A stretch of DNA of 63,990 nucleotides, counting the filler, from Catajapyx aquilonaris (taxonomy: Eukaryota): assembly GCA_000934665.2 (NCBI GenBank). It is 3 parts of 3 records of this genome, joined end to end, with 100 filler letters (N's around TTAATTAATTAA, not from the genome) between each part and the next. Parts side by side here need not be neighbours in the genome. Positions count along the whole stretch, not along the records: positions 21,414 to 42,712 come from JYFJ02006086.1; 2 more parts are not named here. One strand, given 5' to 3'. Under the pieces are notes generated by a model. It was given only the letters and a program-made list of their open reading frames with translations. It made no database searches and was not told the origin of the DNA. The translations under genes were made by a program, and so were the position numbers. Shown one piece after another: positions 23,624 through 37,179 of the stretch (position 1 is its first letter; the number at the start of each line of letters is the position of its first letter).

Positions 23624-24213
23624 GGTTGTTCGATGCGCTGTTGCTGCTGCTGCTGAGCTCGTAGGCCGTGTCTGCTGTGGAGCTCGGAGTCGGTGTTCCT
23701 CGTTGAAGGCTGCAGCTGAAGTGAAGTGGCCCGGGCCTTGGTGCTGCTTTTATAGTCAAGGCGCGGACCTTGTGGAGATCCAGCCAGAGTTGGGAGACTC
23801 TGGCCTTGACGGTTTTTGGAGGGAAAAAGAGCAGAAAAAGAGCAGGGGACAGGATAGGTTATGAGGCCGATGAGAGTCAGGGGACATTTGCCCCTGACGT
23901 GAAGCCGGCAGGGATGGCGTGCCTGCCGGTCACCATAATATAAAAGTGCACAGCAACATTGAAGTATTCATTGTAAATCACTTGAACACATTGCATTGGG
24001 GAGAAAGTGTGGGTATTACTATAGTGTCTTCATGGACTGATTATTATTATCGGACAGGTGTGTATGTAATATTATTGAGTAGAGGGGCACGGACTGACAG
24101 GTCACGCGGATATGACTTATCTGTTGTTATTGTTGGAACCCGCTAACCTCTGCCTATTCAATGACATATGTTTCATCAGTACTGGCTGTATCATCGACTC
24201 CCATCGGCTAGAG

Positions 24214-24934
24214 CAGGGGTCAGCAATCTACGGCCCTCGGGTCGCACCAGGCCCGCGAAAATAATTTGTGCGGCCCGTGCATAAGTTACGGAATATCTAA
24301 AATTGCGAAACAATAAAATTGCAAAGTGTAATTATTTTAAAATCTACAAAATATATTTTATTGGTGTGGGGTATTTTTATTGATATAATTGTTTAGCTAT
24401 TTTTTGTCGATTGCATACAATTAAATGATAATTTGTGCAATTTATGGAAGTCCTATCACCCCTACAAGTAGGTCATTTACACCCTGTATTATTATCTTCA
24501 TATTTGTTGGAGTCGTGCAAAACCCTTCCTGTGCTCAACTTGCATCATTGATTCCAGACGTTCGCAATTCGTTCTACTTGTGGGACAACGGCGGAAGGAG
24601 TTGGGAGGAGAATCAACGCCACCATCATAGTGGGAGTCGCCCGAGGCCACTTTATGTAGAGAAGTCTGTGTGACAGATTCTGCTTCTTGTTTTTTAAAAG
24701 TAGCAACTCCTCCCTCTGTCCGAACACACCCCCTTCACCCACTAAACGGATTTTATATGGTACCACATGATTCATTTTGAAAATAGAATCATGTACAGCA
24801 ACGTAGATGACTTATCAAGACAGGCCACATTAAGGTATTTTCGTCCTTTACGGTGTCCCGTATATAGTCGTGGTTCGGACAAAGTTGCTTTGCGGTCCGG
24901 ATCCTGACCGCGGTCCGCCCGTTGCATATCCTCG
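24214..24934. mobile_element. hAT (Charlie-like) non-autonomous element
   Basis: CAGGGGTCAGCAA start with CGGCCC/GGCCCG subterminal motifs; degenerate inverse end ...GCGGTCCGCCCGTTGCATATCCTCG. Confidence 0.5.
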
Positions 24935-25849
24935 GCGTAATGTTTCCCTCGTGTTTACGTGCGGCGCGGAAGCTCCCTGGCTGTGGCGACGGCCCCAGTA
25001 TCTTGTGTGTATTCACCAGTGTTTTGTATGTATTCAGTAGAGCAGTGCTCATTAAAGTGGTTTGAAAGAAACCTAGTGTGTCGTGCTTTAAGTATGACCC
25101 CTCGAACCCCGTCGCCTTGAAGGGTGAAGGCGACAAGGGCATCCTGTTCCATGTTCAATATTTTACAATGGGGGAATTCTAGTCGAATCAGAAATGTGGT
25201 AGCCAAACCATATACCCTACATCATATATATCTTCAGAGTACGGAGTTTTCGCGAACGTGCGATCCAGACACATTTGCCCATTATATAGGGACACGTTGT
25301 GAATAGTGGACCTTGATACAACTGGAATAGGCGATAATTTCTTTTTCTTGAAGCAGGTCAGTGTGCACGTCGGTTGTCTGATTCACTGTCTAGCTCATCA
25401 AAGGTTGCAAGCTGCGGCTTGCAAGGTACGACTGTGTTATACACAAATATTGTGCGTTCACTTTCTGCTGGTCGTAGTGACAGGTTGGATTTTAACGTTT
25501 GGTGCGGCGTGTAGAATGAATTCGTACTACAACGATAATATAATATTATTGCGAAGCAGAGCGCATACAGTAACGATGATGATTGTTCCTAATAACGTGG
25601 GAATGGGGAATCCGAGCTAAATAAATGCACAGGAGACTCCAAACAATCGCCATTCAAGCTTGGTGTTTACAATCGTTCCGTTTCTCCCCTAACCCTCAAG
25701 AGACCCCTCGCTGGTGGGGCGCAGTACCAAAAATATAAGCTGCTGCAGGAGGAGACTGAAATTCGTGCCATTGTTTTACAAGGCCGATATTCATTGTCGG
25801 TTCACAAGAGAAGCTCAAATTTTTCGGTCCTTTTCACGACTCCCCAAGT

Positions 25850-26296
25850 ATTTCAGGCAGGTCATCGCAACCTTATTGAGGCTCGCGTTGAACTAGCTAC
25901 ACAGATGTGCGACAGCCAATGTGTTCCTGCGACTTCTGGGAAAGCTATCAGAACTGATGGCAAATTCCAAAGGATCCACCATTGACACCCAAAGTGATGA
26001 TTAGACAACGTGTCCAGAAGCAATCACTGCAAATAGTAATTTATGATGTAGACAGTGCAGTAAGTTGTAGTTCTTGCCCCGCAGGGATGAAGGGGAAATT
26101 TTGCAAGCATCAAGCCGCAGTTCATTATTGTTTTCAAGAAAATTTCCCCAATGCTCCTGCCGTGTCCGCTTATGACAGGCATGCAATGGCAGTATTAGCA
26201 TTTGGGGACCAGGCAGAGCCTCTGTCATTCTTTATGCCCTTGGTAAATGTAGAAGTAGCAAGAGAATCGGTGTTAGAGGGACATTGCGGGCAGTGA
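25850..26296 (+). mobile_element. Mutator/MULE transposase remnant (SWIM finger)
   Basis: YDVDSAVSCSSCPAGMKGKFCKHQAAVH...FPNAPAVSAYDRHAMAVLAFG. Confidence 0.7.
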
Positions 26297-27719
26297 ATGA
26301 GGCCATGGATACGGAGGAGGATCCCACAAAAGAACCGGAAGAAGGTAACCTCGAAATTCTGCATACATTCAAGGAGCACGACAAAAATTTCGGGTCATCA
26401 GGCAGGCACGCCACCACGACTGGCAACACCACCGCGTCCTGGACTCACATGGGTATGGGCACACTGGGACGAACGACAAAACATCCGCCTCCGGGGACTA
26501 GAGCCGGCCGACACCGATCGTCCGCTCACCCACCCTCCCGTGGGGGGGGGGGGGNCGCCCGTGAGGACCTCGACCCCGGCCCTCTACAGCATCTCCGGCG
26601 GCCAAGTCGACCTTTTTTCCCGTCCCCGATTTTGTCGCCCCTACCCATGTAATATTCACTTTTCCTATATGGGGGGAGTACCTTTCAGGAATCCCCCCAT
26701 ATGCAGGAAGCCCTTGTGGTGTTACTGTTGAGTCGTCGTCGACTCGCGTCTCTTGTCAAACCTCCCCAGACCCTTTATCGAACAGTGTGACCCATTGTTT
26801 CCGACCCGCCTGTACCAGGCACCCCGGCCTTTGGTCGCAGGTGTTCTGCCCGGCGGTTCGGCGCGTTGCCGCACTTGTGTGGTGGGTCGGCCGCCTGTAC
26901 CCAGTGGCTTTATAAGTTGGTTATAAGGATCCGTATACCCACACATCCACATATGCCCCCTGGTCGTAACCAGTCTGCGAAACCGGTCGGATCCCGGTGA
27001 TTCATCAATCCATCAATCAATCAATCATGAGTGGGAATATGTATATGCCAATAATACCAGAAAACTATTTTTACCCAAAATCAAATCAGTTACTTTTCTT
27101 ACTATCGCCGGAAAATCGCCGGAGGATTGGACTGTGCAGAATACATGGATATGTGGCCAGTGGAGGAGAATGAGATGTGCGTGTTAGACGAGAGTCCATA
27201 TTGCTCTGGTACAGATGATTTAAATTTCCATCAACTGAACCCCATTTTGACCAGTGATATTACAATTGCTTATAAACAATTGATGACAACAGATCGTTGC
27301 AAGTTCATCACTGTTGTAGAAACGATCTCAGAGTTGAAAGAGAATATTATAATGGATGGATAAAACATGAAACGTGCAGAATGCCACATCGCGGTATGGC
27401 CACCAAGATGGAACGTCAACCAGCAGCATTAAGTCAGATGGACAACGTTTTGTCGTTGCCCATGCAGGAACTGAGAGGAGGTGTTTGTGGAGGGTGCAGG
27501 CCTGCTCTTTGGCACTGGGAAGCAGACGGGAGACTATCACGGCCAAATGGATGGGGAGACATTCATTGGGTCAAGTCTATTCTGACAGAATCATCATTGC
27601 CATATATGGCAAGCTGGGTGGTAGGAGCAAGAAGTTCCAGGCCCCGAAAAAAGAAAAGTAGGATTGTCTGAGTGTCACTCCACTTCAGACTGCGGAGCAT
27701 TTTGAGGTAAAGAACATCA

Positions 27720-27870
27720 AGAACCAGGACATATATGTGGTGAACATGAAGGCTGGCATGTGCTCCTGTCCACGTGGATGCACGATGGGGCCATGCAAGC
27801 ATCAATGGCTCAGGACACGGGGGCACATTCCCCAAATCTGCCGCCTGTGACAGAGGCGAACAGGCTTAAA
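27720..27870 (+). mobile_element. Second MULE SWIM-finger fragment
   Basis: DIYVVNMKAGMCSCPRGCTMGPCKHQ. Confidence 0.65.
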
Positions 27871-28194
27871 TACATTCAATATAATTTTAGATGAAGTTGT
27901 CAGCTGCTTTAAAACAACTCAAGAGTTCAGATCAGTCTATGACAGGTTCAATGGCATAGTCGACTTATGCAGTCTACCTGATGCCTCCAATATTGCATTT
28001 CGATCCATACGTATACCCGTATTAATTTGGTACGCACAAAATATCGTGGCCGTCGTGGGTTGAGGGCTATCCTGACATCACCAAATTTCCCATTACTCTC
28101 TCTCCACTTGCAATCCCATCCATCAGCAAAAATATACTCAATCACGGGGAAATGACATTCGCTTTAAAGGGTGGCTGAAACCTAGGCCTAGTGA

Positions 28195-28750
28195 ATGCAG
28201 TGTGCTATACTTGTAGTCACTCCTATAATGAGGGGAGCGCAACAGCTTCAATCATCCGCTGAGATAATTTCTATCGACTCAACATGCAGTGTTGATGACA
28301 CGGCATCAACATTAACAACTGTCCTGCCTGCAGCCAAAGGGGGAGCAGTATCACCCTGTGTCATCATCCAAGAAAGTCAGAGCGCAGAGGATTACATGGC
28401 AGGCTTCAAACTGTTGAAGGCCACATTTCCAAACCCATTTGGAGGAAAATCGTTAAGTGATAAGAAAAATGAGTGACATAAATGAAGGCTTATTATGCAT
28501 GTAAAATCGGGATTTCATGACATCTTTCACATGACATCAGGATCACTAATTATTTCCATTGCTTTCTACGCTCTTGGAACCTTCATGACCGACCATTCAG
28601 ATGCCGAGAAAGGCGCACTTCATGCCACAATCCCTGAATCGTGTCAGCTGCTGTCATTTCCACATTGGACAAGCAGAGTGGCGACGGCTAACAAGCGTTA
28701 AGAACAAGGTTCCACAGGATGATCCGAGAAGCACATTTAAGAAGGTATTC
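28195..28750 (+). mobile_element. MULE transposase catalytic-core remnant (frameshifted)
   Basis: ISIDSTCSVD...GGAVSPCVII...FKLLK..FPNPFGG, then FMTDHSDAEKGAL and CHFHIGQAEWR in shifted frames. Confidence 0.75.
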
Positions 28751-30321
28751 GCATTTAAAAATCTGACGTGCCTGGTTGAATCATGAATGCAGCAGATAGT
28801 TGCATTGCATCTTTTATTGCTGTTCCTGGCTAGTAGATTACGTGTTCTAATAACTTAGTATGTTCAATTCTTTATAAATATTTGTTACCCCATCATATCA
28901 TGTATTAAACATCACAAGAAGAACTGCAAGCAAGTAATGACGAATTCTTCTCCACTGTGAAGCATGAAGGTTATACACATATGCTAAGTTTATATTGGGT
29001 TAACAGACAGAAGACTGACTCCCACGATCAACTGCATCCAAACCCACGTGCTCAGCAGCAATCAAGTGACAATGAAGGTAATGACGTGAGACGCAGCAGT
29101 GCTCAGGGCATGGAGGACCAGCTGGAAGAAACAGAAATGAACCAGAGCACTCTGGCACTCTTCATGTTGCAGAAGGGCCTTCCCATTGCCATACCAACTG
29201 CCAAGATTCACCTTGCTGTGAAAACTGCACTCAACTAGAAAGAGATTCTTGGACGGAATTGCCCAGATATAAAAGGAAAAGTCTTGTCAAAATCCTTTCC
29301 GACGAAATCATGCAATATGGCTTGTAAGTACTAGCTGCTTAATTACATAGTCGTGAAAATGGTGATGGAAATCTCATTAGTAATTTTATATGGGAATTTC
29401 TCTTTAAGGTATCCAAGTACGCAGTCTTTGAATGAAGCCACCGTGCAGTTGGTAACAACATTTCCGCAGCTGACTAACAAGAAATTTGTTAACGCTGCAC
29501 CAAATGTCAGCCATGATGGAATGGCAAGAAATGGATGCCCAGATTCAGGGGCCGGGAAAGCTGAAACCAACAGCCAGCGTGGACAGGCTCCTCGAAGCAA
29601 TGAGAGGCGATTGCATTTGTGAATCTTAGTGAATGAAGTTGCTTGTAACGATATGGTTTACTTGATTTAGGCCAGCCGGGTGACACAACTGAAGGAACGC
29701 TTTAAAAAGTCCCGGGCAAGAAATCAAAACTTGACCACAGATTCTTCAGTAATGGCCATGAGGCAAAAGATCTCCAGGAAGAGCCCAGCAGAAACCCAAA
29801 ACGTCAACAAAACCTTCGACAAAAGCTTACAAGTAGAATACTAATTACTCATTTATGCGCATTTATAGCGGTTAGACATGTCTGTCCTCGAAATTGCCCA
29901 TATACACACCTGTAAGGCGAAGATGACTCAAATGAAGCGGATTTCTCGACGACCACTCCCACCCGCCCCACAACAATCTAACCAGTTGGCTGCAAGATTG
30001 ATGGAACCGATAAAACTCTGTTACGTGAAACACGTTGCATCATCCATCACCGAACTTCCCCAGCCAGCACACGAGCCAGAACCAACACCGGATGAATCGA
30101 TGGAAGAAGAATACATCACCAAATTGGAGACAAAGCTGGATACAATTTTTGAGGGCCACCCTCCTCCCTCTGGACCACGAAGTGTTTGATTTCGATTATT
30201 CCAAATTATTTGTGTCTAGATATATCTGTGACTGAGGTGTATTGTGACACTTGATTGGGAAATTTTAATGCACATTTCCCCAGCATTATTCTGCACTATA
30301 CACTCCGCACCTCTTAGTGTA

Positions 30322-30485
30322 GTTAGAGTATCGCACCATTGCCATATTGTATTGTATGGTACCAGTATGCAATTACGTACGTTACACATCACATCACATC
30401 ATTGTTAGAGTATCGCACCATTGCCATATTGTATTGTATGGTACCAGTATGCAATTACGTACGTTACACATCACATCACATCATT
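30322..30485. repeat. Perfect 82-bp tandem duplication
   Basis: gttagagtatcgcacc...catcacatcatt occurs at 30322 and 30404. Confidence 0.9.
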
Positions 30486-30837
30486 GCAAATGTCTAGAGT
30501 GGAAATCATGTATCATGACTGTGTGCTGTAGGCTGTGTGGAAAAACCATTTGACTCCATATTTGCACCAAACAAACGCAGATAGAGACTGTTTTTGCTCA
30601 GGACTTACTTAGTGCAGGTCGCGAGTACTATAGGAGATATGCGAGAATGTCACCGGAATTATTTGCTTACTAACCAACTTGCTGCTCGACAAACTCATGA
30701 AATATCGCCGGAGGAGGGAGGCCCTCTCCCCAGGTCACAGATTGGCCATAACCCCCAGGTAATTATAATAGGTATCATGTATTATGACATGGCCCTTTTT
30801 ACAGATTTGAAAAAGTGTAATTTTAACTTGACAATTT

Positions 30838-30969
30838 AGATACCTTGCAATTGGTGACAGCTTTCTGAGCCTTGCCGTGGCATTCTGCGTTGGCATCACC
30901 ACTGTCCACAACGTAGTTAAGGACACATGCAAGGAGCAGTGGATCGTGCTGCAACCCCTCCACCTCCCA
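30838..30969 (+). mobile_element. Harbinger transposase HTH fragment
   Basis: RYLAIGDSFLSLAVAFCVGITTVHNVVKDTCKEQWIVLQPLHLP, matching the RYLATGDSF.SL..F.VG.STV..IV.ETC..IW..L pattern. Confidence 0.75.
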
Positions 30970-31207
30970 GTAAGTTGATCGACATTCGTGCTTATTTATA
31001 CACTCTCACCGATAGCAATAATGTGGTGAATCATTTGCATTGCGTAGAAGCCATACACATTAGGGGGATAAGGAGGGATATGACTGCTCTGTCACCAGGA
31101 AGCTAGTGATCTGCACTCTAATACGCCTCACTTGATAAAAAACATAAGAAACCGCCTTTACAAGAATCAAGAACTTGTGCTAAGTTATTTTTGAATGCAG
31201 ATACACT

Positions 31208-31330
31208 TGGGTGAGATACCAGCCTGACAAAATCTTGGGATGGTACTGTACGTGCAAGTCAGGTGCACGGAGCGTGGGCTGCTGTGCACATGTTGCGTCC
31301 ATCATTTGGTACTTGGGATATGCTCGCCGT
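31208..31330 (+). mobile_element. ISL2EU/Harbinger-related transposase SWIM-like C-terminal fragment
   Basis: WVRYQPDKILGWYCTCKSGARSVGCCAHVASIIWYLGYAR. Confidence 0.6.
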
Positions 31331-33564
31331 CTGTGCCTGTCACTAGGGATCTTACGGTGTCTCTGTGTGAAGCTGGGGCATCCTCGAGTACTTAATAACA
31401 TTTCCAATGTTTTTAAATATTTACATCATTACAGATTATGGTATGCAATTTTCCAGATTACATAATTATGTGGGTGAAGTACGGCATATTGGTGATACAG
31501 TATATAAGTGATGCGACCTGCGAAGCATTATGACAGATTTCCCTGTCACCCACGTGCTTTAAAATTTAGCTCCTAGACGTCGCGATAGGTCTTCTCTCTA
31601 TCATAAACCAGCCTTAATAAGTGTACGCAATATTTGTCTTTAATACTCTCTCTTTCACAGTCACCATGCCAAAGACAAGTGTCAAAGCCGTTGTACAGAC
31701 AGGACACTGCACGGAGCATAGCAAATGCCGTTCGGATGGGACGCGAGCAGAAAGTAACCATATACAAGGTTTCCAGAGTGACTGGTATCCTCTAGTCCAC
31801 TCAGAAGCGTTATGTACTTCAGGAGCAGAAGGATATGTCTGCATGTGCCCTGAAGTTGGGAAGACCCTTTGCCAAGATTGATTACCGAAAGTGTTCTGCA
31901 TTTAGATTCTCAGTGAAAGATGGTCACATAATACATGTGGCGACTCAACGCAGTGAGCCAGTGACCATCCTCTGTGGGATGTTGTCAGTCTGCAGCGCGG
32001 GAAGGGAAGAAGATCTAGCCTAACAGCTGAGTTATCAGAAAAGTACAAAGACGGTCGGCTGAACTTTCAGAACATGATGCAGTACATGCCTCCAGCATAT
32101 CACTTCTACCAGGCGCCGAAGGCTGATGATGATAGAGGAAACGCAGCTTCTACGAAGGAATTGGATGCCGAATCGGAATAATTATTTCTCTTGTTTCAAA
32201 ATCTGTGGCGAATGTCATCACTTGACTTGTTACTGGCATTGCGATCAACATTCATATAATCAAGTTCTCATTTCAGTACATCTAACAGTTGAAGTACTAT
32301 AGACTTGGAAATTTAACACAACCCTCCTGAAAAATCATGTTGGATTGGGATCTGTTCTTCTTTCCAGGACCCACTCAATTATTAACATCCTTTGACAATG
32401 CGGCGGCAGATTAAATGCGTGATATTTCTTATGATTTGAATGGGGTCTATCAATGTGGTAACATCTGCCAAGAGTCCTGGAGATCCCACTTTGCGGTTTG
32501 CCACACTTTGCCTAAGTGGGCACTGCTGCAATCGGGCAGGAGCTATTTGGACTATAGAATAAAGCTGGAGCCGCATGTAAAAACCATGCAACTCAAAATA
32601 CGTGGTTTTCACTTGCATGCCTTCATTGGATTGCTCATGTCAAGAACTATCCCATGGTACAAACCACGTGTCTCTGACGTCATTTTTCACGAAGATACTG
32701 AACAGGAAAAACCATGTAACTCATAATATTGAAACGTCACGTCAAGTAAAACCCCTGTAAAGAGAGATACAAATATTGGAACAGTCACTTCCTCTTGGAA
32801 AAACCATGTATGTGAAGGTAATGACTTTCCTCTTTGCTGATTATGAAGAAGTCACGGACTTAGAAGTACATGTCGGTGATGCTCCAAATGACACATTACC
32901 ATAATTCTTCATCTTTCCCAGAATGTACACACACGGTCGACAGAAAGTCCCACATGGAGCCAGTGAATTTATTACTTTCTGTAAATCCAGTAACCACATT
33001 TATTGATTCCAGGACGGTACACTGTATGATTGTGTGTAACATACTTACGTAGTGGCTAATATTTATATTGTACGAAATACAGGAAATAAACGTCATTTAT
33101 GCAGAATTGATGGCATGTTTTGCTGTTATTGCGAATAAACACGGTTCTCTCTCTCTCTCTTACCATAATTCAGCTGCAGCAACATATTTACTAATAATTA
33201 ATAACTAGGGAAAATAACGGGAAACCACCCCATTATTTTCCATAGTTCAGTCAATAAATAAACACGAATAGTGGTTTATTTATTGGCCGCCTACCTTCGT
33301 ATGAAGATGGCACGATTACGATAACTAATAATTACAAGGTTCTTGCCAAGTCTGAAGGGTTCATTCTAATTTCTTCCCACGCGCTGTGTAGATGGACGGA
33401 GGGGTTGTTATGGTGAGAATGAAGTGATGCCTGGTGGGATTGTCCATGTAGGGTCAGTGCAGGACTATCAATGTTAAGGTAATGTCTTTTCCCCTTATTT
33501 ACTTGTCAATTGCTTTTGTTCACTGTTAAGTTTAATTTTGCTTGTCATGTGCTTTTGTAGTTTG

Positions 33565-33605
33565 GCATCTCTGAGGAGCCCAAGTGGGTGAAACATGTAA
33601 GGTGC
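33565..33605 (+). ncRNA. Minimal type I hammerhead ribozyme
   Basis: Stem I GCAUCU/AGGUGC, core CUGAGGA, stem II GCCC-aagu-GGGU, GAAA, palindromic stem III ACAUGU, NUH site GUA. Confidence 0.75.
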
Positions 33606-33740
33606 AACATCCTGTTTCTGGACTGACAATACAAGCAGTGGACAATTAACAAGAGACTGTAGTATTATTTAAAAGTTCGTGTGGCGTGCCCCGGGTTTGT
33701 TTTTTGGATTTAACCTAACCTAACCTAACGCAACCTACTC

Positions 33741-33778
33741 TCCCTGAAGAGCTTTTTCCCAAAGCGAAACCGGTCGGG
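33741..33778 (+). ncRNA. Second minimal hammerhead ribozyme, preceded by (TAACC)n
   Basis: CUGAAGA, stem II GCUUU/AAAGC, GAAA, palindromic ACCGGU, GUC cleavage triplet; stem I is only about 3 bp. Confidence 0.6.
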
Positions 33779-34833
33779 TACCGGAACATTCTCTTTACTT
33801 GTGTGGCAAAAAGGTATTTTGTATTTGTTAGTTGTTTAGTGTGTAACTGTTTCCCTTCTTCCCCCGTACAACCACCAAACTGGGGTCGAAGCCGAGCAGT
33901 CTCTTTCCTCCTCCGTAGAACCAGCTAAACTGGGGAGAAAATGAGAACCTTCCTCCACCGTAGAAGCATTAAACTGTGGAGAAGGCCTCAAGCACCATAT
34001 ATATTCAGATAAAAAGGTGTTTTTAAAAAAAAATCTTGTCCGGCAAAAATCATTTTTAGCCGTAAGCCCGGGTCGGTGAAGGGGCCGATCCGGTGCTGCC
34101 TCGCCGGGTGTGTACCCAGGGCGTTGGGCATCCGTCCAACTATCTGGACCATTCTTTGAGAGCCAGGCCCTGGTAGTTCCCGACTAGACCGAAGTAAAAC
34201 CTAACCTGAAATCGTCGGAGGCACATGGCCCTACCTTGTGCCACGGCTCCCGCACGCAAATACCCGCAGCAACAATACGCGGATTTCTGGCGGGGTGCTT
34301 TGAGTGGACCCCCGCCAGGCCAACCAGCCAGACATATGACTCGGGTTTGTGTCGAGAAGGAGGCTGAGGTGTTCCTCGACTCGCATGACTTTGCGCCCCT
34401 CTTTCCGGCTACAGCCGCACTGATTCAGGGTTGGAGCACGTTGACTCCCAACCCGCTCCAGGGGGGCGTGCGGCCCCCGACAAGGCATCCGGGTGGTGCC
34501 CCTAATCAGATCATGACGCTCTTCAAGCGGGAGCTCTGGCTTAGGACTGTGTTGGACGATGAGATCCGAAGCCTGATGGCCGGGGATCCGCTCCATACGC
34601 TTCACCTCCACCCCCAGCATTACGTCCCAAACATGGATCTCCTCACCATAAGTAAATAATTACAGAAAGCAAATAAGCAATACATTATATGTTTATTAAC
34701 TTCTAAATTTCAGCTGCAAATAGTAAGATTTTTCAAAACAGCAGGTTGAATGGCAAGCCCATCAGGTTACATGGCAATTTATTAGGTCTATCAGAAATAA
34801 TAATCACTATTAATTCTTATCCACCCATTTCAT

Positions 34834-35601
34834 TTGAACCCCAGGCTATATTTCAATGCCTGCAGGGAAGGTCAACTGTCCTATGAGAAGGACAGTGTTG
34901 ACAGGAAGGGCGTGGACGTGGTTGGCACAGTTGATCCGAGGACTGGATGGAGTGAGCTTCACGTAGCAGCCGATCATGGTCACTCCCATGCGGTTAGCTT
35001 CCTCCTGGACAGGGGAGTGGAAGTGGACGCAGTGGATAGCAGACAAATGACCCGCATGTGCTGACTGTGGTCACTCCCATGTGGTTAGAGTTCTGCTGGA
35101 CAGGGGAGTTGAGGTGGATGAAGTGGATCGCAGGGGATAAGACCCCACTGCATCATGCTGCATTGCATGCACCCATGCACACTTTTAATGATATTCTTAC
35201 TCGGCCACTTCCTTTGGACCCCAATCTATATTGCAATGGCTGCAAGGATGGACTTTTATCCGATGTACCGTAGAAGACTGGGTGGACATGATGGGAGTGG
35301 ACATGGTCAGCATGGTTGATCATAGGACTCGATGAAGCGAGTTGCATGTGGTTAGCTTCCTCCTGGACAAGGGAGCGAAGTGGACACAGTGGATAGGTGG
35401 GATATGACCCACAGGACTGCTTCCTATGGTCACTCCCATGTGGTCAGATTTCTACTGGACAGGGGAGTGGAGGTTGATGCAGTACATTTGGGGAGTACGA
35501 CTCCCCTGCATCATGATACATTCAATGGCCACAAGTACACAGTTTTCCTACTTTTGGTACTGCGGGTGGCGTACATGAATGGAGATACTACTCAAGTGTA
35601 G
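34834..35601 (+). pseudogene. Degenerate ankyrin-repeat gene
   Basis: GWSELHVAADHGHSHAVSFLLDRGVEVDAVD, GDKTPLHHAA and GHSHVVRFLLDRGVEVDAV...TTPLHH occur in different frames, with stops and frameshifts; internally duplicated. Confidence 0.75.
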
Positions 35602-37179
35602 GCCATGGAGTGACTACACCACTTCTTCTCCATACTTCCGAATGGGAAGGATACTGGTTATGCACCTGAAATGATGCCAATTCAGAAGAAAAATATGTGC
35701 CAAGCTCAGCATAAAGGACACATAAGGGCCCAAGTATTTGTTTTTCTCTGCTTGCATTCTATGCAGTTCCTGCCATATGTAGGCTACTAATTGATGGAAA
35801 CACATGAAACAATTTGGAACTATCCTGAAGGCCATTAACAATGGTTACATTCCCTTGGTAATCACCTTGAAAGCAATGTTATCTAACGTAGCATGTTCTC
35901 CTGGTTATGGCAAACAACCACTGCAATCTGGTCTAAACAGACAATACACTTTCTCCAATCTTTCATGGCCATTTGTCAACGAAATATGTCATTCCTAAGA
36001 AGTTGTACATTTCAACAGGAGCAAAAAAACAAAACAATTATTCCCCTGTAAAAAATAACTACTGTCATTTGGTACAATATTGTGCGACACACATTTTCCT
36101 GACTTCAACGCCAAAACAAAATTTCTCTTCTCTTATAATTCTCTTATAATTGACCCTCACTTTGGTTGACCTACTCAATCATTACTTGACCTCACTAAAA
36201 GCTTCATTCAAGCTCTTCAGTTATCAAATGTTCGCCTCTTCCATTGTGCGAGGTCAAAATTTCTCATTAGATGACATCTTGCATGATAAGTTGATGAGAA
36301 TTACTCCGAGAACAAAATGTTCAAACGAGCTGTTTCACTGATCATGTTTTATAAAGATCCTTGATGTCCAATAATTCGCGATATGCCTATAACCCATAAC
36401 AGAAAAGGAGTGCAAGGTTTACAATGAACAAAGGGATATTTGCAACGTAGGCTAATATTATCACGTCTCACTGAATTTTTTTGCCAGCATATAAGCCTCT
36501 ATTAGAGCTATACAGAAAGCTTACATAGGATAGGGAATTAGACGAAGCAACACGATGGGAGCGATGTGGTTATGCGTCCTTTTGGTGCCGATAGTTTTCC
36601 ACCTCAATGCATGGAGGAGAATGAAAAAGTGGTACCGTCATTTGGTACAACTTTGTGCCACACACGTTTTCCTGACGTCAACGCCCCCCGTAGCGGCTGT
36701 ATGGCTGAGAGTAGAAGTGTGGATCAATACCGGTAGGATGCGGCACTACATAGAGGTAATGTCACGAAAGAACAACCTCATTAGTTAAGGATATGTGTTA
36801 GGCAAAAAATCATTAGTAATTTGCAAGTTTCGACGGTCACACAAAAAGTCGAAACAGTCTCCTCTGGTTGGACCACTCAGGATTTTCTGCGACATCTGTT
36901 TCCCTGCGGAACACGTGACTGTTTCAAGTTCGGAGGATATGAGCGAAGGAGACATCTCTTATGCAGATACCGTCGACAGCCTAACATCTCCTTGGAACCT
37001 TCCTGGTGATGCTCCTGTCAACAGCTCAGATGAAGACAACCCAGCTATGATTGCCACAGAATATCCAACTAACGCACAACCTACTACAGATGCAACTAGG
37101 GGTGATGGCCAAGATGAATTGGAGAGTGTCCACATGTGATGATGATGTAGAGGAGGGTGTACAGGGCGAGGCACAACAA

